The translations under genes and the position numbers were made by a program. 64,000 bases of DNA from Acidimicrobiia bacterium (GTDB lineage Bacteria; Actinomycetota; Acidimicrobiia; IMCC26256; JAENVU01): positions 10,432 through 74,431 of the forward strand of contig DASXYP010000047.1 in NCBI GenBank assembly GCA_036502405.1. Direction: 5' to 3'. The notes below the pieces were generated by a model. The model searched no databases, was not told the DNA's origin, and was given only the letters and a program-made list of their open reading frames with translations. Of this stretch, positions 48,128 through 57,727 are shown one piece after another. Numbering within the stretch: the stretch's first letter is position 1; each line of letters starts with the position of its first letter.

Positions 48128-48709
48128 ATGCGCGCCACCGCGAACCCGACCGACGAGGCGACCGACGACCCGCGCGCCCGGCTGCTGGACGCCGCCGTGG
48201 AGCACGTCCTGGCCCACGGGTTGAGCGACCTGAGCCTGCGCGAGCTCGCGACGGCCATCGGCACCAGCCACCGGATGCTCATCTACCACTTCGGCTCGAA
48301 GTCGGGCCTGATCGTCGCGGTCATCCGGAGGGTCGAGGAGGACCAGCGCCACGCCCTCGACGATCTCGACCCCGCGTCGCGCCCGCCGGCCGAGACCCTG
48401 CGGTTGATGTGGCGGCGGTTCACCTCGCCCGCGCTCGCGCCGCACGAGCGGCTGTTCTTCGAGATCTACGGCCAGGCGCTGCAAGGCCGTCCGGGCGCGG
48501 TGGACCTGCTCGACGGCATCATCGAGAGCTGGGTCGCGCCCAGCGCGCAGTACGCGATCGACCGCGGTGCGGATCCCGAGATCGCCCGCGCCGACGCGCG
48601 GCTCGGGGTCGCGGTCACCCGCGGGCTGCTGCTCGACTGGCTCGCCACCGGTGACCGGGCCGGCGTCGACGCCGCGTTCGAGCGCTACGTCACGCGTGTC
48701 GCGAGATGA
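48128..48709 (+). CDS. TetR family regulator
   Basis: LSLRELATAIGTSHRMLIYHFGSK HTH. Confidence 0.92.
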   Translation: MRATANPTDEATDDPRARLLDAAVEHVLAHGLSDLSLRELATAIGTSHRMLIYHFGSKSGLIVAVIRRVEEDQRHALDDLDPASRPPAETLRLMWRRFTSPALAPHERLFFEIYGQALQGRPGAVDLLDGIIESWVAPSAQYAIDRGADPEIARADARLGVAVTRGLLLDWLATGDRAGVDAAFERYVTRVAR

Positions 48710-49179
48710 GCCAGGTCGGAGTGGCCCTCCGCCCGGCGAAGGTCGACGAGGCGCCGGCGTTGAGCGAGCTCGCGCTCCGATCCAAGGCGCACTGGGGCTA
48801 CGACGAGGCATTTCTCGAAGCATGTCGGGACGAGCTCACGGTCCGTCCCGAGCACGTCGCCGGGGGCCGGGTGGTCGTCGCCACGTCCGGGGCGCGCGTC
48901 GTCGGCTTCTCGATCCTCCTCGGCGGACCGCCCCGCGCGGAGCTCGAGATGCTCTTCGTCGAGCCCGACGCCATCGGCACCAGGGTGGGATCGGTCCTGC
49001 TCGCGCGCCTGCGAGCCGACTCGCTCGCCCTCGGCTGCCGCGCGCTGCGCATCGAAGCCGACCCGCACGCGGTCGGCTTCTACGAGCATCACGGGGCGGT
49101 GCGGGTCGGCGACGAGCCGTCCGCGACGTTCCCGGGCCGCACCCTGCCGATCCTCGAGCTCGACCTCCGCCCGGCGTAG
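48706..49179 (+). CDS. GNAT N-acetyltransferase
   Basis: RSKAHWGYD, LFVEPDAIGT.VG, ADPHAVGFY motifs; ATGA overlap with TetR. Confidence 0.9.
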   Translation: MSQVGVALRPAKVDEAPALSELALRSKAHWGYDEAFLEACRDELTVRPEHVAGGRVVVATSGARVVGFSILLGGPPRAELEMLFVEPDAIGTRVGSVLLARLRADSLALGCRALRIEADPHAVGFYEHHGAVRVGDEPSATFPGRTLPILELDLRPA

Positions 49180-49188
49180 CGGGCACCG

Positions 49189-49665
49189 TTACCGGCCGGC
49201 GTCGCCGTCCACCAGCTCGCGCAGGATGTCCGCGTGACCCGCGTGCCGGCCGGTCTCCTCGAGCAGGTGCATGAGCACCCAGCGGAGGTTCACCGGAGGC
49301 AGGTCGCCGACCTCCCGGCACTCGTCGTCGAGCTGCGCGGACGCGACGATCGCGTCGACGACCGGCCACGCCGCCCGGTACGCGTCGACCGCCGCCCCGA
49401 TGGTGTCCGAGGGCTGCACCGAATCCGACGGGACGACATCGGCGGGCTCGCCGGCGAAGCGGTGGACGATCCAAAGGGACTCGGCGGTCGCCATGTGCTT
49501 CGCGAGCCAGAGCAGGGAGGTCCCGCTCGCCACCGGCGACGAGCGCGCCGCGGCGTCGTCGACGCCCTCGACCTTCCGAGCGAACGACTCGCGCTGGTAT
49601 TGCAGCAGGGCGAGCAGCGTCGCGCGCTCATCGGCGACGAGCCTCGGCGGCTTGCGGTCGACCAC
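49189..49665 (-). CDS. DinB/DUF664 family protein
   Basis: SLLWLAKHM, LRWVLMHLLEETGRHAGHADILRE. Confidence 0.88.
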   Translation of the reverse strand: MVDRKPPRLVADERATLLALLQYQRESFARKVEGVDDAAARSSPVASGTSLLWLAKHMATAESLWIVHRFAGEPADVVPSDSVQPSDTIGAAVDAYRAAWPVVDAIVASAQLDDECREVGDLPPVNLRWVLMHLLEETGRHAGHADILRELVDGDAGR

Positions 49666-49667
49666 GC

Positions 49668-50642
49668 TCAGCCCGAGAGCTCGGCCCGGGCCCGCGCGAA
49701 GAAGTCCAACGCGGCCCCGCGTTGGTCCGCGTGGTCGGCGAAGGCGGCAAGTCCCAGTGCCGCGAACGACCCCTCGTTCCAGAAGGTCTCCGAGTGCGGC
49801 GTCCACGGGGACACGTACACGTACGGCTCGGGGTGCTCCGCGTCTCCGGGTGACGCACCGTACGTGGCGCGTCGGCCGGCGGCTTCGTCGCCGAAGTCGA
49901 ACGAGAGGTCGAAGTGCTCGGGCCAGAGCTGCACCCGCGCGGGACTCAGGTTCCCCGCGTCGGCGCGCAGGGCTTCGAGCACGGAGGCGGCGAACCCGAA
50001 CCAGTCGGCGAGGAACCGCGCGGCCGCACCAACGACGAGCAGGGGAGCATCGGGCTCGAGGGGCGTCGTCGGGGTGTACACGTCGGTCGGCGCGCCGGTC
50101 TGGATTCCCAGCGCGTCGGCCGCGGCGCGGACGGTCGTGAGCGGGTGGAGCGTGGCCGCGCCCGCAACGACGTGGGTCAGGCCATCGACTCCGACGCGGA
50201 CCTGCTCGTCGGCGCCGAAGAACGGCGTGCCGAACCCGCCGCGCGTGAAGCGCAGCCCGATCTTGCCGTTCGCCCGGTAGCGCGCCGGCGCGACGACGTG
50301 CTCGGCCAGCGTGTGCCACGAAGTTCGCGTCGCCACGAGCGCGTCACGGTCCGGGGGCAGCACCAGCGGCCGCCACGCGCCGAGCCACCGGTCCGCGCAC
50401 CAGGGCGCGAGGTCCGGCTCGTCGTGAGCCAGGTCGTCCCACGTCGTTGCGGCGCCCACAACCGGCACCGGAGCAAGCACCGGGCGCTCGGAGCCGTCGG
50501 AGTCCTGGACGGGATCGTCGGCGAAGAGCGGTGGCGCGGTCGAGGCGGGTGGCGACGGCTCCAGCACCCGGACGTCGAAGCGGTCACCCGTTCGTTCCCG
50601 GGCCTCGCGCCGCGGGTCCACGGAGGAGCCGTCAGTGCTCAT
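49668..50642 (-). CDS. Hypothetical protein (DUF5996-like)
   Basis: GFGTP, QLWPEHFDL, GASPGD..HPEPY.YV motifs. Confidence 0.7.
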   Translation of the reverse strand: MSTDGSSVDPRREARERTGDRFDVRVLEPSPPASTAPPLFADDPVQDSDGSERPVLAPVPVVGAATTWDDLAHDEPDLAPWCADRWLGAWRPLVLPPDRDALVATRTSWHTLAEHVVAPARYRANGKIGLRFTRGGFGTPFFGADEQVRVGVDGLTHVVAGAATLHPLTTVRAAADALGIQTGAPTDVYTPTTPLEPDAPLLVVGAAARFLADWFGFAASVLEALRADAGNLSPARVQLWPEHFDLSFDFGDEAAGRRATYGASPGDAEHPEPYVYVSPWTPHSETFWNEGSFAALGLAAFADHADQRGAALDFFARARAELSG

Positions 50643-50824
50643 CGGCTGCCCACCCTACGACCGGCATCGGGCCGGGCCGCTCGCCGTGGCCCTCGCCCTT
50701 CGGTCCGTGAGGTTCACGATGATCTCGCCGATTGGGAATCCCCGGCGGCCGGTCGGCCGTTCCTCCCCGGGTGTGACGGACGCCCGGCATGGATAGCGTT
50801 CGTGGGCGATCGAAAGGAGCTCCC

Positions 50825-50911
50825 GTGCTACGACATGCGCTCTCTCATCACATCTACCTCGCCTCGATCCGCGACGAGGACTGGGTCGCCGCCCAGTTCG
50901 GCTACCGGTAG
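50825..50911 (+). CDS. Putative 28-aa leader peptide/uORF MLRHALSHHIYLASIRDEDWVAAQFGYR
   Basis: TAGCGT -10 at 50794, SD GAAAGGAG at 50812-50819, GTG 50825, TAG directly abutting the egtA ATG. Confidence 0.7.
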   Translation: MLRHALSHHIYLASIRDEDWVAAQFGYR

Positions 50912-52183
50912 ATGCCGACGCCGACGCAGGACCTCACCCTCGGCCACGCTCGACGCGTCGTCGCCGAGCACGGCTTTCTGACCTCCGCCCCCTCCCGCCC
51001 CGCCCCCACCTCCCCCGGCGCCGCCCGGCTCGGCATCGAGATCGAGTGGCACACGGTTCGCACCGACGACCCCGAACGCGCGGTGCCGTTCGACCGGCTC
51101 GAGTCGATCGCAAGGTCGATCCCCCTGCCGGGTCGCAGCCGCCTGACCTTCGAGCCCGGTGGCCAGGTCGAGCTGAGCTCGCAACCGCTCCCCCACTTCG
51201 ACGCGTGTCGCGTGATCCGCTCCGACGCCGCCGCGCTCACGACCGGGCTCGCGGCGGAGGGCATCGGGCTCGTCGGCGTCGGGCTGCTGCCCGGGCCTCG
51301 CACGCGCGTGCTGCGATCACCGCGGTACGACGCGATGGAGGCGCATTTCGATGCGCTCGGTGACGCCGGGCGCACGATGATGCGCCAGACCGCGGCCGTC
51401 CAGGTGAACGTCGACCTTGGTCCGGACCAGCAGTCGCCGAGCCGGTGGCAGAGCGCGCACGCGCTCGGTCCGCTGCTCGCCGCGGTCTTCGCGAACTCGC
51501 CGTTCGCGGCGTCGGGGCCGTCGGGCTGGAGCTCGACCCGGCTCGCGGTCTGGCTGGCGCTCGAGGGCGGCCGCTCGGCCCCCGTCGGCACCAACGGCGG
51601 CGCCGGCTCCGCGTGGGCCGAGTACGCGCTGCGGGCGCCCGTGATGTGCATCCGGGTGTCGGACGACGAGTTCGTTCCCGTCTGCGAGCCGCTGACGTTC
51701 GCGGACTGGATCGTCGACGGCCACGAGCTCGGCTGGCCGACCGAGGACGACCTCACCTACCACCTCACGACGTTGTTCCCACCGATCCGGCCGCGCGGCT
51801 GGCTCGAGCTCCGGATGATCGATGCGCTCCCGTCCGAGTGGTTCACGGTGCCGGCGATCCTGACCGCCGCGCTCCTCGAGGATTCCGAGGCGTCCGTGCA
51901 GATCGCGCGCGGACTGGCCCCCCTCGCCGGCCGTTGGGCCGATGCCGCGCGCGACGGTCTGCGTGACGCCGACTTCGCCGCGGCGGCGAAGGACTGCTTC
52001 GGCGCGGCGCGCCGCGCGCTCGGACGCCTCGGCGCACGGCGCGACATCACCGACATCCTCGAGCTCTACCGCGAGCGGTACGTCGATCGCGGCCGTTGTC
52101 CGGCCGACGATCTCCTCGAGTCGTGGCAGACGACGGGCCGTCTGACCCCGATGCCGGAGAGCGCGCCCGCACCCGTCGACTGA
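50912..52183 (+). CDS. egtA: Glutamate-cysteine ligase GCS2 family, EgtA-like
   Basis: LGIEIEWH, TFEPGGQVELSS, MMRQTAAVQVN, FANSP, HLTTLFPPIRPRGWLELRMIDA; egtB/C/D absent from the window. Confidence 0.82.
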   Translation: MPTPTQDLTLGHARRVVAEHGFLTSAPSRPAPTSPGAARLGIEIEWHTVRTDDPERAVPFDRLESIARSIPLPGRSRLTFEPGGQVELSSQPLPHFDACRVIRSDAAALTTGLAAEGIGLVGVGLLPGPRTRVLRSPRYDAMEAHFDALGDAGRTMMRQTAAVQVNVDLGPDQQSPSRWQSAHALGPLLAAVFANSPFAASGPSGWSSTRLAVWLALEGGRSAPVGTNGGAGSAWAEYALRAPVMCIRVSDDEFVPVCEPLTFADWIVDGHELGWPTEDDLTYHLTTLFPPIRPRGWLELRMIDALPSEWFTVPAILTAALLEDSEASVQIARGLAPLAGRWADAARDGLRDADFAAAAKDCFGAARRALGRLGARRDITDILELYRERYVDRGRCPADDLLESWQTTGRLTPMPESAPAPVD

Positions 52184-52247
52184 CCGGGGAGCCGGTCGTC
52201 GGCGCGCCCGCTCGACACCTCCACTCCGTCGCGGGCACTGTGGGCCG

Positions 52248-52985
52248 ATGACAGCCGCGGTCGTGCTCGTCCACGGAGCCTGGCACGGGGCGTGGTGCTT
52301 CGAGCCGGTGCTCGAACGCCTCGCGGGCACGGGCGTCGAAGCCTTCGCGGTCGACCTCCCCGGCCACGGCGCCGACCGGGGCCCGCTCGGCGACCTGCAC
52401 GCCGATGCGGCACGCGTGCGCGAGGTGCTGGACGGCATCGACCGGGACTGCGTGCTGCTCGGCCACTCGTACGGCGGCGCGGTGATCACCGAGGCGGGCA
52501 TCCACCCTGCGGTGCGCCACCTGGTCTACCTGGCGGCGTTCGCGCTCGACGCCGGCGAGTCCTGCATGGCCGCCGCGATCGCCGAGTCGCAGGCGATGCA
52601 GCTCGCGTACGACGGGCCGAACCTCGCGGACGCCTTCGTCCCCCACGAGGACGGGACCATCACCGTCGAGCCCGGCGGCGCGGTGGAGCTCCTCTTCCAG
52701 GACTGCGATCCGGCGACCGCGGCATGGGCCGTCGATCGGCTCGGACCGCAGCCGAGCGTGACGCTCGGGGACGTCCCGACCGCAGTTGCCTGGCGCGAGC
52801 GGCCTTCGACCTACGTCGTGTGCACCGAGGACCGGGGCGTGCACCCCGACCTCCAGCGCGCGCTCGCACGCCGATGTGACGAGCAGGTGGAATGGCCGAC
52901 GAGCCACTCGCCGTTCCTGTCCGCGCCGGATCGGGTGGCCGACCTCGTCGCGGGCATCGCGCGCTCGCTCCTGCCGCGGGGCTAG
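52248..52985 (+). CDS. Alpha/beta hydrolase (Abhydrolase_6-like)
   Basis: LVHGAWHG, GHSYGG, SHSPFL motifs. Confidence 0.9.
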   Translation: MTAAVVLVHGAWHGAWCFEPVLERLAGTGVEAFAVDLPGHGADRGPLGDLHADAARVREVLDGIDRDCVLLGHSYGGAVITEAGIHPAVRHLVYLAAFALDAGESCMAAAIAESQAMQLAYDGPNLADAFVPHEDGTITVEPGGAVELLFQDCDPATAAWAVDRLGPQPSVTLGDVPTAVAWRERPSTYVVCTEDRGVHPDLQRALARRCDEQVEWPTSHSPFLSAPDRVADLVAGIARSLLPRG

Positions 52986-53839
52986 GGCGCGACCAGTCCC
53001 AGGTTCTCGTAGATCTGCCGGGTCGCGGTCGACCGGTTCAGCGTGTAGAAGTGCAAGCCCGGCGCGCCGCCGTCGATCAACGAACGCGCGAGGTTCGTGG
53101 CCTCCTCGACCCCGACCGCGAACACTGCGTCAGGGTCATCCGCGACTGCCTCGAGCTTGTCCGCGAGCCAGCGCGGGAACTCCGAGCCCTGGAGCTGGGA
53201 CATGCGCTTGATGCTGCCGATCGTCGTCGCGGGCATGATGCCGGGGATCACCGGCTTGTCGACCCCGTGACTACGGAGGCTCTCGACGAGGTCGAAGTAG
53301 TGCTCGGCGTCGAAGAAGAACTGGGTGATCGCGAAGTCGGCAGCCGCGAGCTTGCGGGCGGTGTGGAGCCGGTCGCTCTCGCGGTTCGGCGAGCGCGGGT
53401 GCGGCTCCGGGTGCGCGGCGACCCCGACCGAGAAGTCGCCGATGCCGCGGACGAGGTGGACGAGGTCCACGGCGTGCTCGAGCTCCCCACGCGGCAGGTC
53501 GACGTCCGGCGGCGGGTCGCCACCGAGGGCGAGGATGTTCTCGATCCCGGAGTCGCCGTAGCGGGCGACGATCTCCTCGAGCTGCGCGCGCGTATGGCCG
53601 ACGCAGGTGAGGTGCGCCATCGGCGTCATCTGCGTCTCGCGCAGGATCCCGGTGACGATCTCGTGGGTCTTCTCGCGCGTCGAGCCGCCCGCGCCGTAGG
53701 TCACCGACACGTACGACGGCCCGAGCGGCTCCAGCTCCTCGAGCGCGGCGGTCAGCGCGAGCTCGGCCGCCGGCGTCCGCGGCGGGAAGAACTCGAACGA
53801 GTAGCTCGGGCCACGAGCCAGGATGTCTGCGATCTTCAT
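52982..53839 (-). CDS. metF: 5,10-methylenetetrahydrofolate reductase
   Basis: SFEFFPP, SVTYGAGG, AHLTCVG, ALGGD, ITQFFF, LHFYTLN motifs. Confidence 0.96.
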   Translation of the reverse strand: MKIADILARGPSYSFEFFPPRTPAAELALTAALEELEPLGPSYVSVTYGAGGSTREKTHEIVTGILRETQMTPMAHLTCVGHTRAQLEEIVARYGDSGIENILALGGDPPPDVDLPRGELEHAVDLVHLVRGIGDFSVGVAAHPEPHPRSPNRESDRLHTARKLAAADFAITQFFFDAEHYFDLVESLRSHGVDKPVIPGIMPATTIGSIKRMSQLQGSEFPRWLADKLEAVADDPDAVFAVGVEEATNLARSLIDGGAPGLHFYTLNRSTATRQIYENLGLVAP

Positions 53840-53895
53840 AAGTGACAAAAGGGTACGCGAGCGGTCGAGCCCCTTCGCCTACGTTCTCCGTCGAC

Positions 53896-54384
53896 GTGGA
53901 CTTCACCCTGACCCAGGATGTTCCGGCGACTGTCGATGCCGTGGATGCGGCGCTGGTGGACCCTGCCTTCCTGGTGCGCATGAGCGAGCTGCCGAAGCTC
54001 GGGTCGGCCGAGGTGGTCGCCGACGAGCGCGATGGTGACGTCGTCGCGCTCCAGGTGCGCTACCTCTTCCAGGCCGAGCTCTCGGCGGCGGTCACGCGCG
54101 TCGTGGACCCGAGCAAGCTCACCTGGGTCGAGGACTCGACCTGCGACCTCGCCGCGCACCATACGACGTGCGTCATCCGGCCCGACAACTACGCGAACCT
54201 GCTCGAGGGCAGCTACGAGGCGACGATCGTGGCCGCGGCGTCGGGGTGCACGCGGACGGTCACCGGTCGGATCAAGGTGCACGTGCCGTTGCTCGGGGGC
54301 AAGGTTGAGAAGGCGATCGTCGGCGGGCTCGCCGAGAACGCTTCGGCCCAGGTGGCTCTCTTGGCGGACTTCATCAGCTCGTAG
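53896..54384 (+). CDS. DUF2505-like (START-fold) protein
   Basis: KVHVPLLGGKVEKAIV C-terminal motif; start uncertain. Confidence 0.75.
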   Translation: MDFTLTQDVPATVDAVDAALVDPAFLVRMSELPKLGSAEVVADERDGDVVALQVRYLFQAELSAAVTRVVDPSKLTWVEDSTCDLAAHHTTCVIRPDNYANLLEGSYEATIVAAASGCTRTVTGRIKVHVPLLGGKVEKAIVGGLAENASAQVALLADFISS

Positions 54385-54421
54385 CTGCCGCGCTTTCCGT
54401 CGGATCGTTGGCCGGTCGGGG

Positions 54422-54510
54422 CGGGCATGTGGCCATTCGCTCAGACAGTGGTCTCTGCGCTCGCTGGCGCTCGCTCCGCGACCACAACTCGCTCGGTGGC
54501 CACACGCCCG
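54422..54510. repeat. TGGCCA-bounded hairpin element, member 2
   Basis: TGGCCATTCGCTCAGACAGT (54430-54449) and AACTCGCTCGGTGGCCAC (54486-54503) match the reverse complement of the 10144-10239 element; stems differ. Confidence 0.85.
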
Positions 54511-54580
54511 TCCCTTCCATGCCCGCGGTCGTTGATACGTCGGGCGCGGTTGTGTCTTGTGTCGGCACGGTGATCGATCG

Positions 54581-56821
54581 TCAGGGGTGGTGGGGGGTGA
54601 AGCGGCGGAGTCTGAGGGAGTTGGTGACGACGAAGACGCTGGAGAAGCCCATGGCGGCGGCGGCGATGATCGGGTTGAGGAGGCCGAGCGCGGCGAGGGG
54701 GATCGCCGCGACGTTGTAGGCGAAGGCCCAGAACAGGTTGCCGCGGATCGTCGTCAACGTCCGGCGGGAGAGCGCGATGGCGTCCGCCGCGGCGCGCAGG
54801 TCGCCCGACACGAGCGTGAGGTCGCTGGCCTCGATCGCGACGTCGGTCCCGGTCCCGATCGCGATGCCGAGATCGGACTGGGCGAGCGCGGGCGCGTCGT
54901 TCACGCCGTCGCCGACCACTGCGACGTCGTGCCCTGCGGCCTGGAGCTCGCGAACCACGTCGACCTTCTCGCCCGGCAGGACGTCCGCGACCACGCGGTC
55001 GACGCCGACCGCGATCGCCACGGCCTCGGCGGTCGCCCGGCGGTCGCCGGTGACCATCACCGTCTCGATCCCGAGCCCGTGCAGGGCCGCGACCGCGTCC
55101 CGCGACGTCGGCTTGATGGTGTCCGCGACCACGAACGCGGCACGGACCTGTCCGGCCCACCCGGCGAAGACCGTGGTGCGTCCGACCCGGGCCGCGGCGT
55201 CGGCCACCGCGCGCAGTGCGTCGGGGACCGGTTCGTCGGCCGGGGCCGCCCAGTCGAGCCGGCCCACCCGGACCTCGACGCCGTCGACCACCGCGCCGAC
55301 ACCCCGGCCCGGCTCGTTCGTGAAGTGCGCCGGTGGCGTCGGTGCCACGCCCCGGGTCCGGAGTCCGTCGGCGACCGCACGCGCGATCGGGTGCTCGGAG
55401 GCGTCCTCGGCGGACGCGGCGAGAACGAGCGTGCGTGCTTCGTCCTCACCCGGCGCGACGGCGACTTCCACCAGCTCCATCCGGCCCGAGGTGATGGTCC
55501 CCGTCTTGTCGAGCACCGCGGTGTCGACCCGACGCGTCGCCTCCAGCACTTCGCCACCCTTGATGACGATGCCGAGCTGGGCGCCGCGCCCCGTGCCGAC
55601 CATGATCGCGGTCGGCGTCGCCAGCCCGAGCGCGCACGGGCAGGCGATGATCAGCACCGCGACCGCGGCCGTGAACGCTTCGTTCGCCGAGTGCCCGGTC
55701 AGGAGCCAGATCGCGAGCGTGCCGAGCGCGATCGCGATCACGACCGGCACGAAGATGCTCGAGATCCGGTCGGCGAGTCGTTGCACCGGCGCCTTCGAGC
55801 CCTGGGCCTCGGCGACCAGACGGCCGATCTGCGCGAGAGCGGTCTCACTGCCGACGTGCGTCGCGCGCACGACCAGCCGACCGGAGGTGTTGATCGTCGC
55901 GCCGAAGACGGTGTCGCCCACCCCGACGTCGACCGGCACCGGTTCACCGGTGAGCATCGAGACGTCGACCGCCGACGCGCCGTCGACGACATTCCCATCC
56001 GTCGCGATCTTCTCGCCCGGCCGCACGACGAACCGGTCGCCGACCGCGAGCTGCTCGATCGGGACCTCCTCGCCGGTCTCGAGCCGGGCCGACTTCACGC
56101 CGAGCTCGAGGAGCGCGTGCATCGCGTCGCCCGAGCGGCGTCGCGCCCGGGCCTCGAAGTACTTCCCGAGCAGCAGCAGGGTGATGATCGCGGCCGCGGT
56201 CTCGAAGTAGACGTGCGCATCGTTGTCACCACTCATGGCCGACGACGCCGCATCCAGGAACACGAGGGCGACCACGGACCAGAGCCACGCCGCGGTGGTG
56301 CCGAGCGACACGAGCGTGTCCATCGTGACCGCGCCGTGGCGCAGGTTCACGAGCGTCGCCCGGTGGAACTGCCACCCGGCCCAGAAGATGACGGGGGTGG
56401 AGAGCACGAGGGCGATCCACTGCCAGCCGTCGACCATCAACGCCGGCACCATCGAGACGAGGAGCACCGGCACGGTGAGGACCGCCGCGACGATCAGCCG
56501 CGCCAGGACGGTCCGCTCGTCCCCGTGGTCGTGCCCGTGCGCACTGCCGGGCTCGGGCACCGAGTAGCCGAGGTCCGCGACCTTCGCCTTGAAGTGGTCG
56601 GGTCCCGTGACCGATTCGTCGTAGAGGACGGTCGCGGTCTCCGTGGCCAGGTTGACCCGGCATTCGCGAACACCGTCCAGCCCTCCGAGTGCGTGCTCGA
56701 CCCGGCCCACGCAGGATGCGCAGGTCATGCCGGCCACCGGGAGATCGATGCGACGTGTCTCCTCGGGCGCGGGCGCCTGCCGGTCGGTCGATTCGGCGCC
56801 TGCGTGCGTTCGGGTCGTCAT
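54581..56821 (-). CDS. copA: Cu(I)-translocating P1B-type ATPase
   Basis: GMTCASC HMA domain, [29 protein letters not shown] motifs. Confidence 0.95.
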   Translation of the reverse strand: MTTRTHAGAESTDRQAPAPEETRRIDLPVAGMTCASCVGRVEHALGGLDGVRECRVNLATETATVLYDESVTGPDHFKAKVADLGYSVPEPGSAHGHDHGDERTVLARLIVAAVLTVPVLLVSMVPALMVDGWQWIALVLSTPVIFWAGWQFHRATLVNLRHGAVTMDTLVSLGTTAAWLWSVVALVFLDAASSAMSGDNDAHVYFETAAAIITLLLLGKYFEARARRRSGDAMHALLELGVKSARLETGEEVPIEQLAVGDRFVVRPGEKIATDGNVVDGASAVDVSMLTGEPVPVDVGVGDTVFGATINTSGRLVVRATHVGSETALAQIGRLVAEAQGSKAPVQRLADRISSIFVPVVIAIALGTLAIWLLTGHSANEAFTAAVAVLIIACPCALGLATPTAIMVGTGRGAQLGIVIKGGEVLEATRRVDTAVLDKTGTITSGRMELVEVAVAPGEDEARTLVLAASAEDASEHPIARAVADGLRTRGVAPTPPAHFTNEPGRGVGAVVDGVEVRVGRLDWAAPADEPVPDALRAVADAAARVGRTTVFAGWAGQVRAAFVVADTIKPTSRDAVAALHGLGIETVMVTGDRRATAEAVAIAVGVDRVVADVLPGEKVDVVRELQAAGHDVAVVGDGVNDAPALAQSDLGIAIGTGTDVAIEASDLTLVSGDLRAAADAIALSRRTLTTIRGNLFWAFAYNVAAIPLAALGLLNPIIAAAAMGFSSVFVVTNSLRLRRFTPHHP

Positions 56822-56851
56822 CGCTTGCTCCTCGGCTCCCTGCTCGGTAGC

Positions 56852-56868
56852 ATACCCCCCTACCCTAT
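56852..56868. promoter_or_regulatory. Candidate CsoR operator (imperfect)
   Basis: ATACCCCCCTACCCTAT, a TAC plus C-tract motif between divergent copA and csoR. Confidence 0.5.
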
Positions 56869-56892
56869 CTACGACAACTGCGGAGCATTCCC

Positions 56893-57174
56893 GTGCGCGG
56901 CTACTCGATGCACAAGGACGACTACCGACGGCGCCTGGCCCGGATCGAAGGTCAGGTGCGCGGGTTGGCCCGCATGATCGACGAGGACCAGTACTGCATC
57001 GACGTGCTGACCCAGATCGCGTCGGTGACGCGGGCGCTGCAGGGGGTCGGGCTCGGGCTGCTCGACGAGCACCTCGGCCACTGCGTGCGGGAGGCGACCG
57101 AGCGCGACCCGGACGAGGGCGACGCGAAGATCACCGAGGCGATGGCCGCGGTCGAGCGCCTGCTCCGAGCCTGA
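56893..57174 (+). CDS. csoR: Copper-sensing repressor CsoR
   Basis: [25 protein letters not shown] (C-H-C ligands); divergent from copA. Confidence 0.94.
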   Translation: MRGYSMHKDDYRRRLARIEGQVRGLARMIDEDQYCIDVLTQIASVTRALQGVGLGLLDEHLGHCVREATERDPDEGDAKITEAMAAVERLLRA

Positions 57175-57176
57175 GG

Positions 57177-57335
57177 GGCTGGTGGTGCGTCTGGTGATCG
57201 ACGGGGTGGGCACGGCGAGGTGGGCGGTGCTCGCCAGGACGCAGGACGAAGGCGCCGTGGGCTTCTGCGTCGAGGACGAGGACGCCACGAGCGCCGTCAC
57301 CGACCGGCCTGACCCCCGGCAGTGATTGCCGGACG
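57177..57335 (+). repeat. CGTC-tagged dispersed element, copy 3 (longest)
   Basis: Left end 57177-57218 and right end CCGGCA-GTGAT-TGCCGG-ACG shared with 18661-18733 and 26383-26436. Confidence 0.85.
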
Positions 57336-57340
57336 TACCA

Positions 57341-57718
57341 CTAGGCGACGAGCGAGCGCACCATCGAGCTCGACGACGAGTCGTTCGCCACGAGCGCGAT
57401 CGCGGCGCCGATCATGATCAGGGTGAACAGCACGATGTGGATCCAGGCGATGATCTGGGCCGCGCGCACGAGGCCGGTGCCGCTGAGCCGACCCCCGGAC
57501 GCATCGATCTTGTTGCCCGCGACGTGCGCGAGGACGAGTGCGACCACCGCCGCGACGATCGGGCAGAGCACCCAGGACACGATCGACAGCACGAGCGCGG
57601 CCACCGCGGTCCCGTCCGTGCGAGGCGCAACGTAGGCCCCGGCGCCGGGCGCGGCCGGGGGTCCCCAGCCCGGGGCCGGCTGCGGGGGCGGAGGCGGAGG
57701 AGGCGGGGCGTAGGACAT
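57341..57718 (-). CDS. DUF4190-like membrane protein with Pro-rich N-terminus
   Basis: TDGTAVAALVLSI, IDASGG.LSGTGL..AA.II. Confidence 0.85.
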   Translation of the reverse strand: MSYAPPPPPPPPQPAPGWGPPAAPGAGAYVAPRTDGTAVAALVLSIVSWVLCPIVAAVVALVLAHVAGNKIDASGGRLSGTGLVRAAQIIAWIHIVLFTLIMIGAAIALVANDSSSSSMVRSLVA

Positions 57719-57727
57719 CGTCGACTC

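Noticed and set aside
50909-50911. Pyrrolysine or programmed amber readthrough into egtA
   Set aside because: No pyl genes seen, and the EgtA-like sequence from ATG 50912 already looks full length; readthrough remains only a minor alternative.
57175-57340. Pseudogene fragment reading VGDGARGVLVLDAEAHG on the minus strand
   Set aside because: No start codon or SD and no recognisable family; better explained as the interior of the dispersed element.
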